This document shows positions 25,701-35,961 of a stretch of DNA of 64,000 nt, in pieces. The position numbers and the translations under genes are program-made. Every line of letters starts with the position of its first letter. The stretch's first letter is position 1. The notes under the pieces are model-generated. The model was given only the letters and a program-made list of their open reading frames with translations. It was not told where the DNA came from and did not search any database. The stretch comes from Paraspadella gotoi (Eukaryota; Animalia; Chaetognatha): positions 5,446,578 to 5,510,577 of the forward strand of contig CM119267.1 in the NCBI GenBank assembly GCA_051294375.1. Direction: 5' to 3'.

Positions 25701-27694
25701 CTATTCACATCAAAAGGGATTCAAAAGAGAGCTTACAATAACAAAACGGTACAAGAACAATTCCAAGGGAAACATTCAATATTTTTTAAAAGACGCTGAC
25801 GAGGGGATGCACGCCGGAAAAGACGACGATTGTTAAATTCTTATCTCTCTCTCTCTCTCCCTTCGACGACGCCCTCCGAAACCCCCACTCCCCCCCAAAC
25901 ACCTCTATAAAGATCCCCCAACAACATCTTGACCGTCTTGGGCTGCCTCCACTGCCGCACCGTTCCCCGCGTGTCCGCCTTCTGATTCCTCGGCGGCCGC
26001 TTGCACATTCCGCAATTGTTGTTCTTGTTGTCCTGGTTGGCGTTGGCCGACTTGTTGGGATTCTCCTTCCGTCTCTTCATGTCCGCGTCCATGAAGCGGA
26101 CCTGCGGGTGGACGGTGTCGAGGAAGGAGAGGTCTCCTTCCAGGGTCAACTTGTAGTCCGCGTTGCCGACGCAGTTGAGGATCACCTCCTGCGGGCGACG
26201 GGAGTGGGCGGAGGAGGGGCGCGTGTGAGAAAGGGCGAGTTGGTGGAAGATTTTGTTTTTATTTATCATTAAATCAGTGATAAAGTATGTATAAAGTATG
26301 CACTATGTTTGACGTCTCTTTAAAAGCGAAAAGACATGAATGACGTCGAAAAGAATCTTTCTTTTTTTCGCTAAGTGATTTGAACGAAAATGGAGTTTTG
26401 GTTTCGATGTTTTGTTCTTCAGGCTTCTAGGGTAGTGACTAGTGAGTCTCCGAGAAGCAAACTCAGAAGGAGCAACCACAAAAGTTGTATGCCAAATTAT
26501 ATCGACGCGCCTCTCTCCTTTCTTCCGCTATCGCTCTCTTTACTTACTCTATTCCACCTCGACCTCACAAATTTAAACTCCGACCTCGCAAATCTTTACC
26601 CCAACCTCACATATCCTGCCAACCCCAACCTCGCAAATCTGCACTCCGACGCTGAACTCCTCCAACTCCGGGCGAAGTTTGTTCCCGCGATGATAATAGA
26701 CGAGGGCGAATTCAAAGTCGCCCATTTCGAAGAGAGTCTTGGCTTTGATCAAGAGGCCGTGGACATAGTTGGACCTGTTCGACAACGACGCCTGACGAGG
26801 AGAGAGAGGATTCGAGATTGTCCCTTGGACGGTCTCACTGTCAGTCTCTTTATGTCTGTCTGCTTCGCTTTCTTGACTCATTTATTCCGTCTCAAATTGA
26901 GTATTTCTCTTATCTCTTCCATCATTCTCGGTCTGTGTGTCTGTCTGTCTATTTGTGTCCCTATTCTTGTCTCATGTTTTCTAATTTCCACTCGAACCTC
27001 ATCGATCTTTCTGTCTCCTCCAAGAAGCTCTGTCTGTCAAACCGTCTGTCTTTCTATCCAAATCTCCTCCTCCCAGGACCTCCGCATCGACGAGGGCCTT
27101 GTCCATTCTCCCCATCTTCATGTAGCACCGGGATCGCCAGACGAGGCAGTGAGGGTCGGGATGTTTGGGGTCCGTTCCGATGGCCAGCGTGAAGCAGTCG
27201 GCGGCCTTTTGATAATACTGGAGAGCGCGATTGAGGGCAAAGGAGACAACAGTTTAAAGTGGGCGGGGAGACGAAAAGTTTGAAGGTAGAAAAGGTACGA
27301 AGATTATTATGCTTTAGGGTTAGGTTTAAGTATAAGGTTATTATTAGGGATTAAGGTGAAATTTCCACGCTCTTGATCGAGAGAGATCGAGACTCGCCAG
27401 GGGAGGGGGGGGGGAGGATCGATCGCATCTTCGTTTCGACGATCGAATATATTCCAAATTTCTACGACTACGACGAAAAAAAAATTTTCCTCGCCGCATT
27501 CTTCTTTCGAAAACTTACCCAAATTAAGGTTATCCATTCTTCTCTGCCTTACCTTCGCCAAGAAGAGCCTCTCCCCCTCCGATTTGTTCGTCTCTTTCGT
27601 CCCGATGATTCCGGTGTCTTCGTCGTCGTCTTCCGCGTTTTTGTTTCTGTGCGCCGCCTGTCGGACGACGATGTCGAAGAAGACGGAGGCCCAT
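22755..27694 (-). CDS. ODAD4: Outer dynein arm docking complex subunit 4 (TTC25), TPR protein, ~10 exons
   Basis: Diagnostic segments SEGERLFL, KAKTLFEMGDFEFALVYYHRGNKLRPE, LEGDLSFL, KTVKMLLGDLY, DFWQAYKPIYARK, SRALENMGRVYAKMG and WVTHEIGRTY. Exons are bounded by GT-AG and end in an acidic tail. The start ATG is 1 nt out of frame, probably a homopolymer error. Confidence 0.9.
26561..26650 (-). repeat. Four copies of a 21-24-nt unit spanning an ODAD4 exon/intron boundary
   Basis: Translates as VGVQICE|VGVGRICE|VGVKICE|VGV*ICE. Confidence 0.85.
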
Positions 27695-28204
27695 GAGGGC
27701 GAAAATGACAGGAGGAAAATAATGATGACAGAAAAAACGGGGTTTTAAAATCGAACGCGAAAGAGATACGAGCCCATGACGATATCTTTTTAGAGTTGTA
27801 TTTTAAAAAAAAAAAAGATGGCGTCCAGGATGGGCTTAATCCGAAAACAAAACGACAACGGCAGCGACGACTTTGAAGGATAAATTAAGTAAATGTGCAA
27901 TAGAAAATGATTATAATCATTTAAAGTCGACCGTTAACGACGACCGCCCTTTCAGCTTCATCCTGCGCCATTCTGTATCTCTTTTCCAAACTAGCACATA
28001 CAATATACGTTTCAGAAGAAAACGTAGTGAGTCAATTGTCTCTCTGTCTCTCTGTCCACCTGTCTCATCTAATATCATCAGTCGCAATATCAATTTCTAT
28101 CACGGGTCCACGATCGCTATTACCCAACATCCAATATATACATACATTTATTTTTAATAATGAAATATGCTAAATGGTTCCTCTCTGAACCCCACCATTT
28201 AATC

Positions 28205-28888
28205 CTAAGTTACGTTTCTATTAAAGACGTTGGCGGGCATGCTGTCCCTCTCGGCGTTGAGGAGTCGATTGAGGAAGATCGGGTCGACGGCGTCATCGTT
28301 GCGTCGCGCGGCTTCTTCCTCTCTGGAGCTCCGGAAATCATCCGGCGCCTCGATGAGCGGATCGAGACTCGAGGCGTTGAACCTCTGGGCGTTCCGATTG
28401 GGGCTGCTCAACGAGGGCCTACCTTTGGTCGACCAGGAGCCCGTGGCTTTACTGGCTTTGCTCGTGCGTTTGGAGCTCTGGATTAGGGCGTTCTGGTTTA
28501 GGTTGGGGGCGTCGTCGGCGTTGACGGCTTCGATGTTGGCGGCGTCGTCGGCTTCGATGTTGGCGGCGTCGATATCGACGGCGTCGTCGCGGTTGACTTC
28601 GGCGACGGTAGACACTTCGTCGGGCACTTCCATCTCAGAGAAGTCGCTGAGGCCTTTGAAGGACGGCTTCTTTGTCGCCCTCTGACGAAGCTTGAACGCT
28701 TTGGGCTTTTTAAACTTCTTAGACTTTTTGGCGAACCTGGCGGTCTTGGCGGTCTTGGCGGTCTTGGCGGGCGGCGCTCCTTCGGCGCCGTCGTCGCCGT
28801 CTTCGTCGTCGCCGCCGTCGGCGTCCATATCGAAGTCGGCGGCTTCTTCCATTTTTTTCTCCGGCGATTTTAAAATACTACGATTCAT
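28205..28888 (-). CDS. Uncharacterised low-complexity/disordered protein ORF (acidic patch, AKT repeats, Lys-rich patch, DAANIEA repeats); may be one exon of a larger gene
   Basis: 227-aa open frame in a GC-rich island with codon style like neighbouring exons. No recognisable domain. Confidence 0.5.
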   Translation of the reverse strand: MNRSILKSPEKKMEEAADFDMDADGGDDEDGDDGAEGAPPAKTAKTAKTARFAKKSKKFKKPKAFKLRQRATKKPSFKGLSDFSEMEVPDEVSTVAEVNRDDAVDIDAANIEADDAANIEAVNADDAPNLNQNALIQSSKRTSKASKATGSWSTKGRPSLSSPNRNAQRFNASSLDPLIEAPDDFRSSREEEAARRNDDAVDPIFLNRLLNAERDSMPANVFNRNVT

Positions 28889-29332
28889 CTTATCTTTCGA
28901 TTTGGCGAATCCAGTAATACTACGATAATAATAAATATATGACTAGACTATAGCTGATTTTTTATTCTATTTTGAATTTTTAAAAAAAAATTTATCTTTG
29001 ATTTTAAAAATATTCAGATTAGCGACGTTTTGTAAAGTGAAATAGTAGAAAGAAAATTTTTCACAGCTGCGGAAGAAACGCTGAAAACGCGGCTAAAGAT
29101 AATACGATTAGTTTAAGTACACAAAAAACAAAATAACAAACCATTATTAAGTGATATTGATAAAACATAACTCCTGAAATTTCTGATTTTTCTGTCAATC
29201 GTCATATCTGTTTGAACTGATTGAGGCAGAATGGCAATATGTAATTAGAATAACATGTTTTTGCATTTTTTTCTCTCCATGTTTTGTTTTAGTTTTTTTT
29301 CCGTTTCTATTTATTTTCTGCTAATGAGAAAA

Positions 29333-29760
29333 CGTCGTCGCCATCGTTGTCGTCGTCGTCATCCTCGTCGTCGCAATTGTCGTCGTCGTCGTCATCATCG
29401 TCGTCACCGCCGACATTTTAATCGTCGACGTCGCAATAGTCGTCGCCATCGTCATCGTCGTCGTCACCGCCGACACTTTAATCGTTGTCGTCGCAATAGT
29501 CGTCGCCATCTGTCGTCGTCGTCGTCGTCAACCCCGAGCCGACACTTTAATCGTCGTCGTCGCAATGCGTCGTCGCCCAATCGTCGTCGTCGTCGTCACC
29601 GCCGACACTTTAATCGTCGTCGTCGCAATCGCGGTTGTGGTCATCCTTTTCGTCGCTGATTGTCTTCATTGTCGTCGTCGTCTCCGTTTTCGTCGTTTTT
29701 GTTGTCGTCATCGTAATAGTCATCTTTGTCATCTTATTTATCGTCGTTATCGTCTTTGTC
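29333..29760. repeat. (GTC)-rich minisatellite, ~57-66-bp unit with core gccgacactttaatcgtcgtcgtcgcaat
   Basis: The core recurs four times between ~29409 and ~29630. Confidence 0.85.
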
Positions 29761-30507
29761 ATTGAGTATATGTCGTCGTCGCCTTTTTTTTGGTTTCTTC
29801 TGCTCGATTTTTTTTTGGTCGCAAAACTTGAAATACTTCAAAGTGTTAAACGGAAGGTCAAACAGTTTGGCGGCGTCTCGTTTCCAGAGTGGGCGTGAAG
29901 AGGCGAATAGCGTTGGAGTCTTTGAGGGATTCGCTCAATATTTACGTCACGCTAAAGTTCACTATCTTTGATGATGACGACGACGAATATGAATTATGAC
30001 GAAGACGTCGAAGAAGACGACGGTTTTAGATATACACTACTTCAGTTTCCCATCGCTTTTCCTATACATTATCGCCCAGTGTCTATTATTGTTATTATTT
30101 TTGGCAACAAAAACATTGTCATTCCCTCCGATAATACGTCATGCCAAGAATCCAATATCGAGGCTGAAGCGGCTTAAGGTCTCCGTCGTCGTCGTCGTTG
30201 TCGTCGTTATCGTTGTCTTCACCATCGTCGTCGTTGTCAGGGTTATTCTTAGAGTCAAAAGGATATATTTCATGGCGTGAGACTTCATTCATCCTTCGAG
30301 ATTCTTGCGAGCGATTCAAGCTTTTGAGACGATGGTGATATTGACCTTAGTCTTCGTGCGAAGATATAATATATATAATATATATAATGCTCTAACTAAG
30401 GATGATGAGGAGGGGGTGCTCGGGTGAGAGGCCCTATCGGCTCTTTTTTTAATGTAAATGTAAATTTAATCTCATTCTAACTTTTATACTTTTCTTTAAA
30501 AAAAAAC

Positions 30508-30578
30508 TGCATCGGCCGGGAATCGAACCCGGGCCGCCCGCGTGGCAGGCGAGCATTCTACCACTGAACCACCGATGC
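30508..30578 (-). tRNA. tRNA-Gly (GCC)
   Basis: Reverse complement GCATCGGTGGTTCAGTGGTAGAATGCTCGCCTGCCACGCGGGCGGCCCGGGTTCGATTCCCGGCCGATGCA forms a full cloverleaf, followed by a poly-T terminator. Confidence 0.98.
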
Positions 30579-30652
30579 TTGTTGTTTCTTTATAAGTCTA
30601 ATTATCATTTTGATTCGAATGGTCGAATTTTAATCAAAAAAAATTTCAGATC

Positions 30653-30725
30653 TGCCGAAACCCGGGATTGAACCAGGGACCTTTAGATCTTCAGTCTAAC
30701 GCTCTCCCAACTGAGCTATTTCGGC
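30653..30725 (-). tRNA. tRNA-Phe (GAA)
   Basis: Reverse complement GCCGAAATAGCTCAGTTGGGAGAGCGTTAGACTGAAGATCTAAAGGTCCCTGGTTCAATCCCGGGTTTCGGCA, with a downstream T-run. Confidence 0.98.
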
Positions 30726-31361
30726 CGATTGTTATTCAACAAGTTGACTACATTTAGTTATTTAATTATTTCTTGATTGACAGATAGTCTATTTCACAAA
30801 TATTTCCAGATCTATATCTCTTTCAATATATTTTTAATCAGTCTTAATTAAGCAATGAGACTCCATCGCTCACCTTCAAACCTTTCCCTCTCCCTCTCAC
30901 CAAATTTATTTCGTGGGGAGGGGGCGCCTTTGTTTTGATGGTCGAGATTCAGCCGAGAAATTTACTTCCTGAAAATAGAAACAGTACGACGACGATGGCG
31001 ACGTTAATAACGACGACGCCGACGAAGATTTAAAATCGTTGGCAAAAAAGGGAAAACGAAGACGACGACTATGACGACGAAAACTACAATGACGACGACG
31101 TAGATGACGACCGAGGACCAATGGCTGATGTTACTGCTCCGCGCTATTATTAAAACGGTTTTTACTCATTTGAAGCTAAAAATTAATCAGAAAATGTATT
31201 ATATGTGTTATTAACTTATCGGCGTTTTTTTTTTATGTACAGAAGTCGTAAATAGTAATCTATCTCTATATGAATATGAATTATTTGACTATGACATTCC
31301 TGTAAAAGAATCCATTAAAAAAATCTGCATCGCCAAAACGTGAATTTCTGTGAATGAGGCT

Positions 31362-31420
31362 TCGGGTCCCCGCACCCACGCCCTCGGGTCCCGCACCCAC
31401 GCCCTCGGGTCCCGCACCCA
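31362..31420. repeat. 21-bp tandem repeat (tcgggtcccgcacccacgccc), about 2.8 copies
   Basis: Direct reading. Confidence 0.9.
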
Positions 31421-31817
31421 GGAGGCAAAGCCTGTCCGACGGAATTTTTCGTAATGAAGCCAATCAAGAGAAGATTTCCACGGAGGCGAAATCGGGACCT
31501 ACCATAGACCTACTTAACCACCATCTCTTAACCACCCTCACGTCTCTCCCCCCCGTCACCTCTTCTTCCTCGCTCTCTCTCGAATCATTCGAGCCAAACG
31601 AAGACCTGATAAGTTTTAAAACGTTGCTGACTTCTTCTCCTTCTATTCCGCTACACAACAACTCTCTCTCTCTTGCTCTCTCTCTCTCCCTCTAAGCTCT
31701 CTCTCGCTCTCTCTCTCTAGCTCGTCTTAGGCTCTCTCTCTCGTCGTCTCTCTCTCGTCTCTCTATCCTCTCTCTCTCTCTCTCTCTCTCTTCTCTTCTC
31801 TACTCTCTCTCGTCTCT

Positions 31818-31849
<32 letters not shown>

Positions 31850-31990
31850 TCAAAAAAAAAAAAAAAAACCCAAAAACATCAAATAACAACATATATATAT
31901 AATATATATAATCCAGCCTCGATTCAGACGTCCCATCTTTTTTAAAGACACACCCGGAACCCCTTAAACACGTATCCGACGCTCACTCAC

Positions 31991-32437
31991 CTCCGGGCCC
32001 TGAGAGCCTTATAACTTCTCACCGACCCCAAGACCCTCCAGCGGATGGCCTCCCTCTCTACCAAAAATCTCACCCAGATTGACCGTCGGGTGCGATCTTT
32101 CCCAAACTTTTCCCTCCCAAGCCAAAACCCTTTTTTCAATCCCCATCAGCCCATTACCTCTCACCGACGGGGCCAAACCCACTGCGTTTCGGTATCTCTT
32201 TTACCTCCCACCCCCAATTCTCCCCTCCCACCCGCCGCCCCAACCCTCAAGAAACTTACCCACGACGAGCAGAGGTGATGTGAGCAGTTGCCCTCGCAAC
32301 CTTTGTATCCCCCCTTGCTGCGGGCGGTCGTCGAGCGTGACGCCGTTGATGGTCATCGTGTAGGGTGGAGCCTTTTGGCTTCGGGCCGAAGCACGAACGA
32401 TTGCGGGAAAATCGATCGTCGTTGTTTCGAAAGGGGT
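31991..32437 (-). CDS. Two phase-compatible exons of an unidentified gene (32437-32260 and 32057-31991)
   Basis: tag|...|GTAAGT and tag|...|GTGAGT boundaries. The joined frame is open: TPFETTTIDFPAIVRASARSQKAPPYTMTINGVTLDDRPQQGGIQRLRGQLLTSPLLVVEREAIRWRVLGSVRSYKALRAR. Confidence 0.45.
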
Positions 32438-32987
32438 CTACTACCGCCGAGGGAGGGACTGATTCCCTTTTTTTTAAGGGGGGGCGGGGTGGAAATGAGG
32501 GGGGGGCGGGGTGGAAATATACGTAGGCGTCCTTTTTTTCTAGTTTTAATAACCGTGGATTTGGGGAAAAAGAGTTATGGGGGCAACCTTGCTTTATTAG
32601 AGTTATTTGAAAATAATGCAATTTTATAGAATTAAAATTTAGAAGAGTTTGAAATTAATTTTCAACAACGGTTTATTTCAATAAAAAACGGACATGTTTC
32701 GGCTTAACTACGAGCCTTCATTCATTCATCATACCACAATGTCTAAGAATTAAAATTGAATTAAATTAAAACGCTTATCCCTCCAATAACGTAACTAGAC
32801 CACCAGTCTTCAGTCGGATCTTTTTTATCACTTTGCCAAAAATTCGAAAGAAAAGACAAGATGAGACGAATACCATATTATTATTCGTATTTTTAAGTTA
32901 ACCTATTCTGACAAATCAATGAAATCGACAAACGAAGATACACAAATAGTCACGTTATGAACGCGACGAATGAATGTAATAAACTGT

Positions 32988-33256
32988 AAAAAAAGTAGGC
33001 GACGCGTCGGAACCGAGGACGCTCTGATGACGGTCTGCAGGATACTACGGAGTTTACCCTGCAGACGCGACTCAGATGACGCTATGTGAAGCACACAGGT
33101 GGACTGAGTAATACTCAGTGAGTATGCAATGCACATAGCGCCCGCGGGTACCCTGAGTATGGCATAACAGTATTCCCCGTACGTCCTTGACCGGTTCCAT
33201 CAACGTAACCAGGCCCCCGAATATACAGGGGTTACAGGTCAACGTCAAACCCGCCT
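32988..33256 (-). ncRNA. Candidate structured ncRNA (~270 nt), family unassigned
   Basis: Multiple nested complementary stems, 5'/3' end pairing, G-U wobbles only on the minus strand, a terminal T7 run, and balanced base composition inside AT-rich flanks. Confidence 0.65.
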
Positions 33257-33983
33257 GAGGAAAATTCGCGTGAAGTGAATTAGTAATTTGAGCGGGAATA
33301 TTTCTTTAGTAGGAGATAAATGAGGCGATTGATTGATTGATTGACTGATGAGTGGATTCATTTTTTGAATTTTTTTGCATGATCATAGTATTTCCTTTAA
33401 TTTCCTTGTGTTTTGATAGTTATTTTAAATAATGTATTCTCGAATATGTTTGTTCCATGAAACTAGGTAGAAAAAAGGTGAGTGAGGCTGGAAAAAAAAA
33501 NNNNNNNNNNNNNNNNNNNNNNNNNNNNNNNNNNNNNNNNNNNNNNNNNNNNNNNNNNNNNNNNNNNNNNNNNNNNNNNNNNNNNNNNNNNNNNNNNNNN
33601 NNNNNNNNNNNNNNNNNNNNNNNNNNNNNNNNNNNNNNNNNNNNNNNNNNNNNNNNNNNNNNNNNNNNNNNNNNNNNNNNNNNNNNNNNNNNNNNNNNNN
33701 NNNNNNNNNNNNNNNNNNNNNNNNNNNNNNNNNNNNNNNNNNNNNNNNNNNNNNNNNNNNNNNNNNNNNNNNNNNNNNNNNNNNNNNNNNNNNNNNNNNN
33801 NNNNNNNNNNNNNNNNNNNNNNNNNNNNNNNNNNNNNNNNNNNNNNAGAGAGAGAGAGAGCCGGGTCCGATGAGAGATATTTGGGCAGCCCTTTATCGGT
33901 AGTTCGGGGTCACGGAAACGACGCCGCTAAGAGTCACGCCGCGTAAAAAGGACGCCGCGAGGGAACGGCGCCCCTGGGAGTCC

Positions 33984-34056
33984 GCATCATTGGCGTAACG
34001 GATAGATTCGGGTTTTCCGGACAGTCAAGGTCGCGGGTTCGCTTCCGCGGGAAATC
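33984..34056 (+). pseudogene. tRNA-derived sequence (tRNA pseudogene or SINE head)
   Basis: A-box TGGCGTAACGG at 33991 and B-box-like GGTTCGCTTCC at ~34036 with tRNA-like spacing and a T-arm, but no proper acceptor or anticodon stems. Confidence 0.55.
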
Positions 34057-34508
34057 GAAAATAAATTCGGGCGGCGGAGATAAATGGGAATTTGTTTGAC
34101 CGATTTCACTTGGAAGAAAGTGAGAGAAAACTCATTTGATGTCCTCAGCTCTTAAGTTATTTGTTAATTATTACTTTAATAATAAATAATTAATCTGTTA
34201 ACGCGCAAAATCTGAAACTAAAGTGAATGAGAGAAAAATAAACAAAAAAGTCACACGGTACAAGATCGAATTAAAACAGCGATACTGCTTGAGAAGAGAG
34301 AAGTAAGGCAACCCAAGCGATACCTCACTCGGTGAGGAGGTTCTCTCACCGATCATCGGACGCCTCGTACCTCCGAAGTCTCGACGGTGTTTGGTAAGTA
34401 TCTCCAGTTGGAAGGGAAAGTGGCACTGAAGAATGATTTATGGTGGCAGCTTCGAGATTTTTATGCAGCGATAAAGTTGAAGCGGCAAAAGAGATAAAGG
34501 CGGATGAT

Positions 34509-34560
<52 letters not shown>

Positions 34561-35814
34561 AGAACGACAGGCAAACAGAGGAAAATGCTTTTATTTGTTT
34601 TGTTAAATCCACAGCCATTTTTCACTCTCGGAATTCGACAAAACAAAGAGCGACTTTCTTTGTGACGCGCAAATTCTCGAAAACAAATTTAAAACCAAAT
34701 TTGAGTTAAAAAAGTAAAATGTAATAATTAATTTAAATAATAAAATAAAATGAAATAATTTGAGCGAAGAAGAACCGAAAGCCAAAAAATGAAAGATGTT
34801 AATGTGGACCCGAGGGATTTGGCTGACCCGAAAGAGCCCATGGGCCTTCGAGCGGATCTTTCTCNNNNNNNNNNNNNNNNNNNNNNNNNNNNNNNNNNNN
34901 NNNNNNNNNNNNNNNNNNNNNNNNNNNNNNNNNNNNNNNNNNNNNNNNNNNNNNNNNNNNNNNNNNNNNNNNNNNNNNNNNNNNNNNNNNNNNNNNNNNN
35001 NNNNNNNNNNNNNNNNNNNNNNNNNNNNNNNNNNNNNNNNNNNNNNNNNNNNNNNNNNNNNNNNNNNNNNNNNNNNNNNNNNNNNNNNNNNNNNNNNNNN
35101 NNNNNNNNNNNNNNNNNNNNNNNNNNNNNNNNNNNNNNNNNNNNNNNNACAGAGAGGCAGACAGACAAAATAACATAAAAAGAGAAAGGGAGAGAGACTG
35201 AGAAAGAGAAAAGCGTTCCAACAAACAGAAAGAGCTTAAAAAATTCACCAAAAAAAGAAAAGAAAAAGAAAAGAAAGAAAACCCGTTCTCCGTGTGAAAG
35301 TCCTGGAAAACGTTTTCGCTCCTCGTTTATGTTTACACAAACTGAAAGTAATTAAAACGAGAAGGGGGGAAAAAAAAAGTGTCTCGCTTTTTCTTTTTTT
35401 CAGAAGCGCATGCGCGAGACCGCCGACGCGGCGACGCCCGCGCAAAGATCCTCATCGTCCTTTTCCCTCCTTTTTTTTCCCCGCCGTCGCGCGACGTCAA
35501 AGTCGGCGTCACTTCCGATCTGACGTCTGATGTCAGTGTCGCCCTCTAGGATGTCCACGACAACGACGAATGCTAATATTACGGTCATGGCGCTGACGGG
35601 TGACGGTGAGGACGACCACGATGCCAACGACAACCGACCGTCTTTCGTCTTTCGAGGATGACAGTATTGACATCGTATTGACAGTGGTTGACAGTGACGG
35701 CGGCAATGATGACAAAGATAGCAATGGGTACAATCGTGTAATTAATAATACCATGTATGGCGGATATGACTTTGGCTACAAAAAATTCGACAGCTATATT
35801 GACGATGAACGACA

Positions 35815-35961
35815 GTGAATACAACAGCGACGCCGACAATGAACGTCAGTGATGACAACTGTGACGCCGACAACCAACGACTGTGATGACGACAGCGACG
35901 CCAACGATCAACGACAATGATGACAACTGTGACGCCAACAATCAACGACAATGATGACGAC
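35815..35961. repeat. ~33-bp GAC-rich minisatellite (caatcaacgacaatgatgacaacagcgacgccga-like)
   Basis: About four degenerate units. The same unit fills the centre of the 47959-49517 element. Confidence 0.8.

Noticed and set aside
26390-27283. 297-aa plus-strand ORF
   Set aside because: Antisense to ODAD4 exons and a low-complexity intron.
27688-27694. ODAD4 as a pseudogene because the ATG is out of frame
   Set aside because: A single extra base in a short homopolymer in an indel-prone assembly; the other exons appear intact.
33033-33066. SECIS form-2-like stem with AA bulge and ministem (minus strand)
   Set aside because: Lacks the correctly spaced UGA/GA quartet at the base of the helix.
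33024-33075. CTGATGA on the + strand as a hammerhead ribozyme core or C box
   Set aside because: No GAAA follows stem II, and wobble pairs favour the minus strand.
33457-35251. ORFs containing long X runs
   Set aside because: They are artefacts of N-gaps at 33501-33847 and 34865-35148.
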